A stretch of DNA of 64,000 bases from Candidatus Micrarchaeota archaeon. GTDB taxonomy: Archaea > Micrarchaeota > Micrarchaeia > Micrarchaeales > CABMGC01. The stretch covers positions 64,468 to 128,467 of the forward strand of contig JAJZZD010000001.1 in the NCBI GenBank assembly GCA_021797745.1, read 5' to 3'. The notes beneath the pieces were generated by a model. The model searched no databases. It saw only the letters and a list, made by a program, of their open reading frames with translations, and was not told the origin of the DNA. Shown here piece after piece: positions 1 through 9,382 of this stretch (position 1 is its first letter; every line of letters begins with the position of its first letter). The position numbers were made by a program, and so were the translations under genes.

Positions 1-2
1 AT

Positions 3-1130
3 TTCACATTCAATATTTTCAAGAAGCATGCGGGAAGGATGGAATTTGGTATCCTCTCTTCGCTCCAGGACAGGGTGTCTGCCCTGTATGGAGTAGGCTC
101 AGGCCGAAGGAGCATAGACATAAGCAGGATAGCACGTTCTAGGAGCATAATTTGCCTGCATTCGCTGCACACGCGCGAAGCGCAGCAGGTCTACATGGAG
201 CAATTCATGAAGAAGCTTTACGCGTTCATGCTTTCCAACCACGATGCAAACAGGGATTTCTACCTGCTTGTCGATGAAGCTGACAAGCTCGACAGTGCAC
301 CCATACTGGGCATGCTTGCAGCAGAAGGGAGGAAATATGGAATAAGCGTGATTGCATGCACGCATTCTTTGAAGAAGCTGGACAAGGAGCTGAGGGACAA
401 CGCAGGCACTATATTCGCATTTTACCAGCGCGAGCCAGAAGAGCTTAACTACGTTGCAAACATGATTTCAGGAGGCAATGAAATGCACAGGTTTCTGCAG
501 GTCAAGGCGATGCTGAGAAATTTGCGCGTTGGCGAATTTCTCATGTGCGCAGCGGGCAGGGAGCCGGTTTTAGTCAGGTCCCGGCAAATCGTCAGCAAAA
601 ACAGGGACTGCAGGTTCGCTGTGACCGAATTGGCGAGGAAGGCAATAAACAATGATGAGCTTGCAACACTGTTGAACCAAAAAGGATTCAAAGAAGAGAA
701 AATATCTGATGCGCTGGCGTATTTGTTTGCTTCTAAGGAGCTTGGAAAATACGAAGTGAAAGAAGGAATCTACAAAGGCATCTGGTACCTAGACATGCCG
801 AGGAATAGCGCAGAGCACGACATATGCGTTGAACTGATAAGCAGGGCCCTAGAAAGGGCGGGCATCGCAAACAAAATATACAACAGCTCGTACGGGCCTG
901 ACATCATAGCGTATAAAAACGGAGATAAAATAGCAGTGGAGTACGAAACCGGTTCAAAGAACATCGAGGACACGAAGAAAATGCTGCTCGGCAGAAACGG
1001 AAAGTATTCAAAGGCGCTGGTTGTTGTGAATGATGAAAAAATAAAAAGCTATATGCTTCTGCGAAACGATTTTGTTGAAGTTAAGAGCGCAAGCGAATTT
1101 TTCAAGTCAGTTGGTGCAGCATTTTCCTAA
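3..1130 (+). CDS. FtsK/HerA-superfamily P-loop ATPase, C-terminal part (5' partial), fused to a winged-helix-like segment and a PD-(D/E)xK-like C-terminal domain
   Basis: The frame is open from position 3 with no stop before the tracked Met at 39, so the gene starts upstream of the window. A Walker-B-like 'FYLLVDEADKL' is followed by 'AAEGRKYGISVIACTHS', typical of HerA/FtsK/VirB4-type ATPases. The C-terminal ~110 aa carries 'GPDIIAY...IAVEYETGSK', which resembles a restriction-endonuclease-fold motif. Confidence 0.6.
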   Translation, partial: FTFNIFKKHAGRMEFGILSSLQDRVSALYGVGSGRRSIDISRIARSRSIICLHSLHTREAQQVYMEQFMKKLYAFMLSNHDANRDFYLLVDEADKLDSAPILGMLAAEGRKYGISVIACTHSLKKLDKELRDNAGTIFAFYQREPEELNYVANMISGGNEMHRFLQVKAMLRNLRVGEFLMCAAGREPVLVRSRQIVSKNRDCRFAVTELARKAINNDELATLLNQKGFKEEKISDALAYLFASKELGKYEVKEGIYKGIWYLDMPRNSAEHDICVELISRALERAGIANKIYNSSYGPDIIAYKNGDKIAVEYETGSKNIEDTKKMLLGRNGKYSKALVVVNDEKIKSYMLLRNDFVEVKSASEFFKSVGAAFS

Positions 1131-1228
1131 ATCTCCTCTATGCACGTCTAACCGTTTTTCCTCAAAGAACTTAAAAATGGACATGAGAAAGACTTCGCCT
1201 AACATTTTCTGCGCAAATGAAACTGAAA

Positions 1229-2122
1229 CTACCTTTTCAGCAGCGACTCGGCAATAAGCCTTAGATTCTCTTTTTCCCTGAGCCTTCTGTATGCGTAATT
1301 TAACCAGCGCCTTCCGAACGGAACGTAAATCGAAACCTCTTTTCCCTCTTTTGCCAGACTGTCTGCATAATTATTTCGTATCCCGTTAAGCATCGCATAA
1401 GTAACGCTGACTTTGTTCCCTTTCTCATTTTCCAGTTTCATAGCAGCGTTTATGCTCTTGCTGTCGTGTGTGGCTATGGTGAACTTCTTGGAATGTAGGA
1501 ACAGGCGGCGCATAAGGCTCTCGTAGTTCTTTGTGACATATTTCCTGTCGTTCCAGGCAATGGCTTCGCTCTCATGGTATGCTCCCTTAACTAGCCTTAT
1601 CGTCGCGCCTTTTTTGGCAAGTTTGCTTATATCCGCGGCGCTCCTTTTCAGATATGCCTGTATGCATATGCCCGTATTCCTGCTTTTCATGCTGCTCTCA
1701 TAGATTTTTATGGTCTGGTCAACAGTATCTGCGGTTTCCATGTCAAGCCAGACAAAAATCCCGTTTCTCTTAGCGTCTGCGACTATCTTCCTATAATTTT
1801 CCAAAGCAAATTCATTGCTTATTCTTAGACCCAACTGCGTGATTTTGAGAGAGATGTCTGCCTTCAGCCCGCGCTTTTTTATTTCCTTGATTAATTTTTC
1901 ATACGTATTGCACGCCTCATCGACGTCTTTTTTATCGGTAAACTCTTCGCCAAGGTAATTAAGTATGGCCCTCTCGCGCTTCTTGTTTAACTCGCGGGTC
2001 TTTTTTACCGCGTCTTCTATGCTGCTGCCTGCTATCCACCTGCCTGATACCGCTTTCTCTATCAATCCATTTACTCCCGTTGAATCACTGCCAAAGCCAA
2101 CAATTTCCTTAATTAATAACAA
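1229..2122 (-). CDS. Proline dehydrogenase (monofunctional PutA-type)
   Basis: 297 aa. PRODH-family motifs: 'IRLVKGAY', 'YAMLNGIR', and C-terminal 'YVPFGRRWLNYAYRRLREKENL'. Confidence 0.85.
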   Translation of the reverse strand: MLLIKEIVGFGSDSTGVNGLIEKAVSGRWIAGSSIEDAVKKTRELNKKRERAILNYLGEEFTDKKDVDEACNTYEKLIKEIKKRGLKADISLKITQLGLRISNEFALENYRKIVADAKRNGIFVWLDMETADTVDQTIKIYESSMKSRNTGICIQAYLKRSAADISKLAKKGATIRLVKGAYHESEAIAWNDRKYVTKNYESLMRRLFLHSKKFTIATHDSKSINAAMKLENEKGNKVSVTYAMLNGIRNNYADSLAKEGKEVSIYVPFGRRWLNYAYRRLREKENLRLIAESLLKR

Positions 2123-2130
2123 GAACTGGC

Positions 2131-2856
2131 TCAGCGCTTCATAAGCTTTGCCGCAAGCATGCTGCCGTACAGCGCCTCATCGTGTGCCATCTGCAGTATC
2201 CTGCGTATCAGCTCTATATCGTCGTAGCCGTATGTGCCTCCTGCCTTTGCGTTCAACTCTTCTTTGAGCTCCAGCGCTTCTTTGTAATACAGTTTTGTTT
2301 TTTCCTCTTTTTCAAAATCTGGCGATTCCATATCTGTCCTAGGGTCTGTTATATATTCTGCGCATAGGTCCTGTATGCCATTGACCCTATATCCCGACCT
2401 TCTGTTATACGCCTCAATCCTGCGGCCGACTTCTTCCCTGGAAAGTTCGCTTATTATCACCAGGTGATACTTGGCATCTTTGTATTCTTGCGAATGCGTA
2501 AACCTGTACATTTTTGCAATGAATTTGTCGTCAAAGTAGTCGCCGCCATGCGGCTCGAGCAGTATTACATCGTTTTGATATAGCGGGCTTCTTATTACAA
2601 AATCAGGCGTGTAAATGCGCGCTATGCCCTCGCTCGTGTAGTGAATCTGCACCTGTTCGTCGTACACAATGTGCGTTCCATATCTGTCATTTATGGTATC
2701 GAGAATAAGCTTTACCCTTTCCTCAAAAGTGGACCTTTGCTCAGGCCTTAGAAACTTTGCGAACTCGTAGAACTCGCTTGATTGAAACTTGGCTGAAATG
2801 TTATGTGCTGTGCCTTGAGCTTCTTGAACTGCAACTTGTTTTTCTCCAAGCTTCAA
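2131..2856 (-). CDS. Hypothetical protein with a possible PD-(D/E)xK nuclease-like core
   Basis: 241-aa ORF. 'IYTPDFVIRS...VILLEPHG' is reminiscent of endonuclease-fold motifs (weak). The C-terminus is helical and acidic. Confidence 0.5.
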   Translation of the reverse strand: MKLGEKQVAVQEAQGTAHNISAKFQSSEFYEFAKFLRPEQRSTFEERVKLILDTINDRYGTHIVYDEQVQIHYTSEGIARIYTPDFVIRSPLYQNDVILLEPHGGDYFDDKFIAKMYRFTHSQEYKDAKYHLVIISELSREEVGRRIEAYNRRSGYRVNGIQDLCAEYITDPRTDMESPDFEKEEKTKLYYKEALELKEELNAKAGGTYGYDDIELIRRILQMAHDEALYGSMLAAKLMKR

Positions 2857-2944
2857 ATGCCCACTTTAAACTATTCACCTTGCAAAATTTATTAAATAGG
2901 CACATCGCACCTTTTTACTGGCTTATACTGGCGTAACTACCTGG

Positions 2945-3325
2945 CTACATGCCTCCAATCTCTACGAAAGCCATGCCGATGTATGTATTTCCATTTTCGG
3001 CGTACTTCCTGAGCGCCTTCCCGTCTGTGAATTCATCAATGTTTACGCTGAATGCGTGATCTCCGCGCCTCAGCGATTCGAAATCACTTGTTTCATAAAA
3101 AATTGACGCATAGTCTTCTCCTAGCTCCTTTTCAGCTTTGTCCAAAAGCGCTTTGCCTTCTGGCGTATCTGCCTTTCTTATAGTGATTTCCGACTCCAGG
3201 CTGCTGTAACTCGAGCCCCGCAGGCAGTTAAACATAATGTCAATTAATTTCTTCGGGTCTCCGAACCTTTCCTTCTGTTTGCCTTCTCTTGCGACACAGT
3301 ACACAAATTGTTTCACGCAAATCAA
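2945..3325 (-). CDS. Hypothetical protein
   Basis: 126-aa ORF with a TTG start, same strand as and 88 nt upstream of the 241-aa gene. No motif recognised. Confidence 0.4.
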   Translation of the reverse strand: MICVKQFVYCVAREGKQKERFGDPKKLIDIMFNCLRGSSYSSLESEITIRKADTPEGKALLDKAEKELGEDYASIFYETSDFESLRRGDHAFSVNIDEFTDGKALRKYAENGNTYIGMAFVEIGGM

Positions 3326-3385
3326 TCAATAACTTGCGCGTTCTGATTAATAATCCTTTTTAGGTTCCTGCGCAGATTCACAAAA

Positions 3386-3397
3386 AGATATTTAATC
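3386..3397 (+). promoter_or_regulatory. TATA-box-like element upstream of ftsZ
   Basis: 'AGATATTTAATC' preceded by an A-rich BRE-like run, about 40 nt upstream of the ATG at 3435. The same 'AGATATTTAAT' core recurs at 18834. Confidence 0.35.
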
Positions 3398-3434
3398 TTT
3401 AACAGGTCAGCATATCTGGCGACTAGGCAGTTTT

Positions 3435-4514
3435 ATGACAGACCAGCAGGTACCGCAGGCATCACCAGATGACGAGGAATTACTCAAATTCATAGAGTCA
3501 GCCAAGCCAAAAATTTATGTTGTCGGCGCCGGCGGAAGCGGCAGCAACACTATAACGAGGATGTCCGAAACAGGGATAGAGGGCGCGACGCTTATAGCCA
3601 TGAACACTGACGCAAGCCACCTCGCAAGAACCAGGTCGCAGCGCAAGCTTCTTCTCGGGAAGAAGGCGACGCGTGGGCTAGGCGCAGGCAGCGACCCTAA
3701 AGTCGGCGAGGAAGCTACGCTAGAAAATAAAGATGACATAAAGCACCTTTTGGGGGATGCGTCGTTGGTTTTTGTCACGTGCGGGCTGGGAGGCGGCACA
3801 GGCACAGGCTCCGCTCCAATTATCGCGCACGAGGCCAGGGAATTGGGTGCGCTCACAGTAGGCATAGTCACATTGCCTTTCTCGAGCGAAGGCAAATTCA
3901 GAATGAGGAATGCGCTGGAAGGCCTTCAGAAGCTGAAGCGCGCCACAGATACCACGATAATAATTCCCAATGACAAGCTGCTCAACATAGCCCCTGATTT
4001 GCCGCTGAACATGGCATTCAAGGTGAGCGACGAGGTGCTTACTGGAGCTACAAAAGGAATAATAGAGATGGCGACAAAACCAGGCATGGTCAACCTCGAT
4101 TTCGCAGACATGAGGAGCACGCTCAAGGATTCAGGATATGCAGTGATAGGAATAGGGGAATGCAACAACGTTCAGACAAAAGACCGCGCAATGATAGCAG
4201 TGGAGAACACGCTGAAAAGCCCCCTTCTTGACGTCAATCTAAGCACTGCCAAAAAAGCGCTGGTGAACATAGTCGGTGGCCAGGACCTCACACTCAGGGA
4301 GGCGGAGAGCGTGTTCCAGGAGGTGTCGAGCAGGATAAGCGAAGATGCGATGCTGAAATGGGGAGCAAGGATAGAGCCGCAGATGGACAAGAGCTCTATA
4401 AAGATAATGGTGGTCATAGGCGGGGTTGAATACGGAGATTACACTGAAGAAGGAATAAAGAAGAAGCAGGAGAACCCAAAGCCAGAGGACATAGATGAGA
4501 TATTCGGAGACTGA
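3435..4514 (+). CDS. ftsZ: Cell division GTPase FtsZ
   Basis: 359 aa. 'VVGAGGSGSNTITRM' and the tubulin signature 'GLGGGTGTGSAPIIA'. Confidence 0.97.
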   Translation: MTDQQVPQASPDDEELLKFIESAKPKIYVVGAGGSGSNTITRMSETGIEGATLIAMNTDASHLARTRSQRKLLLGKKATRGLGAGSDPKVGEEATLENKDDIKHLLGDASLVFVTCGLGGGTGTGSAPIIAHEARELGALTVGIVTLPFSSEGKFRMRNALEGLQKLKRATDTTIIIPNDKLLNIAPDLPLNMAFKVSDEVLTGATKGIIEMATKPGMVNLDFADMRSTLKDSGYAVIGIGECNNVQTKDRAMIAVENTLKSPLLDVNLSTAKKALVNIVGGQDLTLREAESVFQEVSSRISEDAMLKWGARIEPQMDKSSIKIMVVIGGVEYGDYTEEGIKKKQENPKPEDIDEIFGD

Positions 4515-4900
4515 ATGCCTTATTTTCACCAATTGCCGACACACAACGTACTGCTTTGTTAGGCTTAAAGCCTTGCAAGAAAAGCCTATTTGATGATTAC
4601 AATCGAATGCAGCGGCGGAGTGCAAGGCCAATTGCGGTTGCATGTCCATTCTTTTGAAATACGTTCATCTATTTCGCATAGGTTTTGATTTCTTGCTGCA
4701 AACTTTTCTATAACTTAGCTTACTTGTCAACATATCCGTAACTGCTGCTGTTTATGCTGCTATTGCTCCCTTTCAATTTTTCAGGCGATACGTCCTACGA
4801 AATGCCGTAAATTGGTGTGGTAAAGAGAGTATCATAAGAATCCGAAACGTTTGCGGCTCTTGCTGCATATATTTATATTTGCTAATGCAGAAAACAAACT

Positions 4901-5086
4901 ATGAACTTTAATCCTGTTGCAAGGCTCAAAGCATTCTTCTCTAACGCAAAACACATACTTACAGTAAGCTACAAACCTTCAAACGATGAATTCAGAAGGT
5001 CGCTTAAGATAGTCATAATAGGCATACTTATCCTTGGAATACTGGGTTTTGTGATATCTGAAATACTGGCGCCGCTTGTGGCTTAA
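4901..5086 (+). CDS. secE: Preprotein translocase subunit SecE (Sec61-gamma)
   Basis: 61 aa with a single C-terminal TM helix. 'KPSNDEFRRSLKIVIIGILILGILGFVI' matches the archaeal SecE pattern. It follows ftsZ, as in the conserved archaeal ftsZ-secE arrangement. Confidence 0.8.
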   Translation: MNFNPVARLKAFFSNAKHILTVSYKPSNDEFRRSLKIVIIGILILGILGFVISEILAPLVA

Positions 5087-5188
5087 GAACAGTTATTTGC
5101 CGGATTAACCCATTGGCATCTCAAGCAATAATAACATAATAATTGCAATGGCTATCATAACATAGCATCTAAGTCAGTGTGCATATCC

Positions 5189-6034
5189 ATGGAAATAGAA
5201 ATTGATTACACTAAGTCGTCGCAGAAAAACGCAGAGCAGTACTTCGACGAGGCTAAGGAGCTGGAAGCCAAGTCTAAGGGAGCGGAAAAAACCATAGCAA
5301 GGTTAAACGAAGAGATAGAAGAATTGGAAAAAGCAAAGATAATTGAAAAGAAGCTCGTGCAAAACAGGAAAACAGAGTGGTACGAGAAGTTCTACTGGTT
5401 CTTTACGAGCAATGGCATGCTCGCAATAGGCGGAAGGAGCGCACAGCAGAACGAAGAGATAGTTTCTAAGTATTTCGAGCCTAAGGACATGTTCTTCCAC
5501 GCAGATGTTTTCGGAGCCTCTGCAGTAATACTGAAGAAAGGCATTGAGGCGCTTGGCACGGTGAAAGCAGAGGTGGCTCAGTTCGCAGCCTGCTACTCTA
5601 AGGCCTGGGAATCGGGGCAGGCATCAGTAGATGTTTTTGCGGCAAAGCAGGAGCAGGTGTCCAAATCCAGCAGTAAGGGTGCTCTTGGAACAGGTGGCTT
5701 TCTAATCAGAGGCGACAGGCTTTGGTTCAGGCACATGAACCTGGAGCTATATGCTTTTTCTTCTGCGCAGGAAATAAACCTGCAAGGCAACATAGAAGAC
5801 AATGCGATAATCAACCCGCTTCCTGTTAAGATAGAAGTGAACGCGAATAAGATAAGCATAATTCCAAAACTCACGTTCGCTAATGCAAATATTTCAAACG
5901 CCATAAAGCTTACGCCTGGCGATAAGAAGAAATCAGACACTGCAAAGCTCCTTTCCGAAAAGCTGGGATTCGAGGACGTAGATTATATAATGCAGCATCT
6001 TCCTCCAGGCGGTTTCTCTGTGGCATTTAGGTGA
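5189..6034 (+). CDS. NFACT-family protein, short form (coiled-coil plus NFACT-R/DUF814 only)
   Basis: 'WYEKFYWFFTSNGMLAIGGRSAQQNEEIV...FHADVFGASAVILK' is the DUF814/NFACT-R core of RqcH/Rqc2-type proteins. The NFACT-N domain is absent. Start taken at ATG 5189; the tracked ORF starts at GTG 5177. Confidence 0.8.
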   Translation: MEIEIDYTKSSQKNAEQYFDEAKELEAKSKGAEKTIARLNEEIEELEKAKIIEKKLVQNRKTEWYEKFYWFFTSNGMLAIGGRSAQQNEEIVSKYFEPKDMFFHADVFGASAVILKKGIEALGTVKAEVAQFAACYSKAWESGQASVDVFAAKQEQVSKSSSKGALGTGGFLIRGDRLWFRHMNLELYAFSSAQEINLQGNIEDNAIINPLPVKIEVNANKISIIPKLTFANANISNAIKLTPGDKKKSDTAKLLSEKLGFEDVDYIMQHLPPGGFSVAFR

Positions 6035-6041
6035 AAAAAAA

Positions 6042-6377
6042 TTAAAAGTCTTCAGCGACAATAATGTCCGGATGCTCGCCTGTTTCTTTTGCCAGTCCTG
6101 CGGTTTCCATTGCGGATTTCGCATCACCAAGAATTCCTCTGGCACAGCTTTTGAACAAATCTTTTCTTACATATATTGTGAGCCTTGTTAGCCTGCCGTA
6201 TTCGGTATCTGTTGCCTCCATTTTAACTGTAATGGCAGGTATGCTATTGAGATTTATCATATTGCGCCCGTTCCGCAGAACAGCTTCAAAATTCTCCTTT
6301 GTAGAACCTCTCAAGTTCGCAGCGAGCAGCATTGCTATTGACCTTTCTTTTTTACCTAAATTACTATTAAGTTCCAT
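6042..6377 (-). CDS. Hypothetical protein
   Basis: 111-aa ORF with ordinary composition. The overlapping + strand ORF (6064..6450) is S/L/F-rich and looks like an antisense artefact. Confidence 0.45.
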   Translation of the reverse strand: MELNSNLGKKERSIAMLLAANLRGSTKENFEAVLRNGRNMINLNSIPAITVKMEATDTEYGRLTRLTIYVRKDLFKSCARGILGDAKSAMETAGLAKETGEHPDIIVAEDF

Positions 6378-6458
6378 TTTCTCACAATTGCCTGTATTGC
6401 CCTGTCTTTATACGCATTTCTATAACTCCGGACGCATTAACTTCCGGTAAATATACTC

Positions 6459-6467
6459 TTATTTAAA
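6459..6467 (+). promoter_or_regulatory. TATA-box-like element upstream of hppA
   Basis: 'TTATTTAAA' centred about 35 nt upstream of the ATG at 6498. Confidence 0.3.
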
Positions 6468-6497
6468 GATTATTGTTCTATAAAATTTCGTGTTTGC

Positions 6498-8528
6498 ATG
6501 AACTTGATTCTTATTCCATTAGTCGGCTCTGCGCTTGCGCTTCTTTATGCGTTCGTCAATGCAGCCATTGTTCTTCGCGACCCAAAAGGAAACGACAAGA
6601 TGAACAAGATTGCGGCTGCGATCCAGGAGGGCGCAAACGCATTCCTTAAAAGGCAGTACAAAACAGTTTTGGTGTTCGGAATAATCCTTTTCCTGATATT
6701 CACGGCCCTTTCTTACTGGCTTGGCATACTTCCTGATTCTACGCCTCTTGTTTTCGCCGCAGGTGCATTCCTTTCCGCGCTAGCCGGATACATTGGCATG
6801 CAGATATCCGTTAGGGCAAATCTCAGGACCGCGAAGGCAGCAGAGAAAGGCCTCAAGAACGCGCTTCATGTCGCTTTCCAAGGAGGCACAGTGACAGGCA
6901 TGACAGTAGTGGGTCTTGCACTTCTAGGATTTTCCATAGTGTTTATCATCTACCAGAACCCGATTGACCTTGTGGGCTTTGGGTTCGGGGCGAGCCTTGT
7001 AAGCCTGTTTGCAAGAGTCGGAGGCGGCATATATACAAAAGGCGCAGACGTAGGCGCTGACCTCGTGGGAAAGAGCGAGATAGGATTGCCTGAGGACGAT
7101 CCCAGGAATCCAGCCGTTATAGCTGACAACGTCGGGGATAATGTAGGAGATTGCGCAGGCATGGCAGCAGACCTCTACGAATCATATGTAATAACAGTTC
7201 TTGCAGCTATGCTTCTCGCATATTTCAGTGGTCTTTCATACACGCTGCTAATCCTTCCGCTTCTTGTGGGAGGAGTAGCGATAGCCGCTTCGATAATAGG
7301 CTCGTTTGCCGTGAGCACAGACAACAAGAACAAGATTTGGGATTCGTTGAATCTGTCTATTTTGATTTCATCCGCAATTGCAATGGCTGGTTTTGTGGCA
7401 CTGACCTATTACACATCTACGCTTCTCTACTTGCCGCCGCTGATCGCCGGCATATTCGTGGCAATAGCCATAGCGTACATAACGGGGCATTACACGAACA
7501 AGGACACAAAAGCAGTAGAGGAAATTGCAAAAGCGTCAACATCCGGTGCGGGTACTAACATCATATATGGGATTGCGAACGGCATGCGGGCTGTGGCGTT
7601 CCCCGTAATTGTCATTATAGGCGCTGTTTTGTTCTCCTTTTATTCAACATACCAGGGTTCATTCAACCAGGGCATATTCGGAATAGCCATGGCTGCCATG
7701 TCTATGTTATCCCTTACTGGAATAATAGTATCTGTTGACAGCTACGGTCCGATAACTGACAACGCCGGCGGCATCGCCGAGATGAGCGGCATGCCCGAGA
7801 GGATCAGAGACGGAGTTACCGACCCTCTTGACGCAGTGGGAAACACAACAAAAGCCGTAACAAAAGGATTCGCGATAGGCGCAGCTGCCCTTGCGGCACT
7901 GTCGCTTTTCGTCGCATTCGCTAATTCGGCAGGCATAACATCTATAGACGTGCTGAACCCGCTCGTTCTCAGCGGACTTTTCATAGGCGCAATGATACCC
8001 TTCGTATTCTCATCAATAGCTATGAAAGCAGTGGGCAGCGCCGCAAGCAAGATAGTTGACGAGGTAAGAAGGCAATTCAAGACAATAAAGGGACTGAAAC
8101 AAGGAAAGGCACTGCCAGATTACGCAAAAGCAGTCGACATAACAACTAGTGCAGCCATAAAGTCGCTTGCAGCACCCGCGCTTCTTGGCATACTTTCACC
8201 TATCATAGTGGGACTGTTGCTCGGCGCATACGCGCTTGCTGGAATGCTCGTAGGTGTTATTGTATCTGGCCTTATGCTAGCGCTCATGATGACAACAGGC
8301 GGCGCAGCGTGGGACAACGCCAAGAAATATATCGAGTCGGGCAAGTTTGGTGGCAAGGGCTCGGACGCGCACAAAGCCGCAGTGGTGGGCGATACAGTGG
8401 GCGATCCTTTCAAAGACACTGCAGGTCCAGGTCTCAACCCGCTTATTAAGGTCATAAACATGGTGGCACTCCTCGCAGCCCCGATAATAATAAAGTATGC
8501 CCTGCCTGTGCTGATACACCTAGCCTAA
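6498..8528 (+). CDS. hppA: Membrane-bound proton/cation-translocating pyrophosphatase
   Basis: 676 aa, polytopic. 'GDNVGDCAGMAADLYESY', 'DNAGGIAEM' and 'GDTVGDPFKDTAGP' are diagnostic M-PPase motifs. Confidence 0.97.
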   Translation: MNLILIPLVGSALALLYAFVNAAIVLRDPKGNDKMNKIAAAIQEGANAFLKRQYKTVLVFGIILFLIFTALSYWLGILPDSTPLVFAAGAFLSALAGYIGMQISVRANLRTAKAAEKGLKNALHVAFQGGTVTGMTVVGLALLGFSIVFIIYQNPIDLVGFGFGASLVSLFARVGGGIYTKGADVGADLVGKSEIGLPEDDPRNPAVIADNVGDNVGDCAGMAADLYESYVITVLAAMLLAYFSGLSYTLLILPLLVGGVAIAASIIGSFAVSTDNKNKIWDSLNLSILISSAIAMAGFVALTYYTSTLLYLPPLIAGIFVAIAIAYITGHYTNKDTKAVEEIAKASTSGAGTNIIYGIANGMRAVAFPVIVIIGAVLFSFYSTYQGSFNQGIFGIAMAAMSMLSLTGIIVSVDSYGPITDNAGGIAEMSGMPERIRDGVTDPLDAVGNTTKAVTKGFAIGAAALAALSLFVAFANSAGITSIDVLNPLVLSGLFIGAMIPFVFSSIAMKAVGSAASKIVDEVRRQFKTIKGLKQGKALPDYAKAVDITTSAAIKSLAAPALLGILSPIIVGLLLGAYALAGMLVGVIVSGLMLALMMTTGGAAWDNAKKYIESGKFGGKGSDAHKAAVVGDTVGDPFKDTAGPGLNPLIKVINMVALLAAPIIIKYALPVLIHLA

Positions 8529-8550
8529 CCGGCTAAGCACAGGAAAAACT

Positions 8551-8558
8551 GTAAATAG
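8551..8558 (+). promoter_or_regulatory. TATA-box-like element upstream of the J-domain gene
   Basis: 'GTAAATAG' preceded by a purine-rich 'AGGAAAAA', about 33 nt upstream of ATG 8588. The 'TAAATAG' core recurs at 13413-13421, 24728, 24754 and, on the minus strand, near 26722. Confidence 0.3.
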
Positions 8559-8587
8559 TTTGACGGTTACTTACTGTTTGTTTTTGC

Positions 8588-9370
8588 ATGAACTTTTTTT
8601 CCAAGCTCATACGCCTAAAAAGGAATTCTTATGCGCAGAGGCTAATCAAAAAATCGCAAAAACTTATTAATGAAACCAATGAAGAGCTTTCCAAGCTCGG
8701 CATGCATACAGAAGAGGGAAAAGAAAATAAATATTTCAGGATACTTGGCATCAGGCCAACTGACAACAAGAAAAAGATACGCGCTGCTTATGTACTGGCA
8801 GTGAAAAGGTACCACCCCGATATAAACAGGGATCCGCACGCGGTCGAGATAATGAAGCAGGTCAACACCGCATATGCGGCGCTTTCGAAAGGCGGCTTGG
8901 AATTTGCGATCAAAAGCAGGAGCGGCATAAGCAGCGAGCAGAGGGCATCGCTGCAGAGAAAGCTGTACGACAGCTACATGCGCGACAGGAAAAGGGACTT
9001 CGAATCTATGAAAAATATACTCGCGAGCGGAAACCTCAATTCAGGCGAAGCGAAGGAACAGGTGCTCAAGTTCACGAAATGGGAAAAAAGATACGATTCG
9101 GTCTGCAAAAAAAATTTCGGTAGATTTATCGGCAAAGGCGCCGAGCTGCAGGCAATGCTGAAGAAAATGCATGACCAGAAGGCAAAGGTTACCGAAGATG
9201 AAGTAGCGTATTCTCTGTCTTCTTCTGCCTTGGGGCTCGAGGATGCCGCAGAAGAGCATGCGTATGCAAGCAGGATACTGAATGAAATCATTTACGACGC
9301 AAGGGAAACGATATCAAAAATGGAGAGCGAGTCGAAAAAGCAGCTGATGCAGCAGGTCAAGGACTGGTAG
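8588..9370 (+). CDS. J-domain (DnaJ-like) protein
   Basis: 'YFRILGIRPTDNKKKIRAAYVLAVKRYHPDINRD' is a J domain with the HPD motif. The rest is helical, with no zinc-finger or CTD of class I DnaJ. Confidence 0.8.
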   Translation: MNFFSKLIRLKRNSYAQRLIKKSQKLINETNEELSKLGMHTEEGKENKYFRILGIRPTDNKKKIRAAYVLAVKRYHPDINRDPHAVEIMKQVNTAYAALSKGGLEFAIKSRSGISSEQRASLQRKLYDSYMRDRKRDFESMKNILASGNLNSGEAKEQVLKFTKWEKRYDSVCKKNFGRFIGKGAELQAMLKKMHDQKAKVTEDEVAYSLSSSALGLEDAAEEHAYASRILNEIIYDARETISKMESESKKQLMQQVKDW

Positions 9371-9382
9371 CCACGTCACAGC

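Noticed and set aside
4515-4900. 386-bp ftsZ-secE spacer examined for a tRNA, box C/D sRNA (a TGATGA at ~4600) or small protein
   Set aside because: There is no matching D box, no cloverleaf, and only ORFs of 31 codons or fewer without features. Only the secE TATA-like region is retained as noteworthy, and it is mentioned under the palindrome finding.
6064-6450. 128-aa plus-strand ORF overlapping the 111-aa minus-strand ORF
   Set aside because: The S/L/F/P-rich composition looks like an antisense artefact. The minus-strand ORF has ordinary globular composition. Neither is certain.
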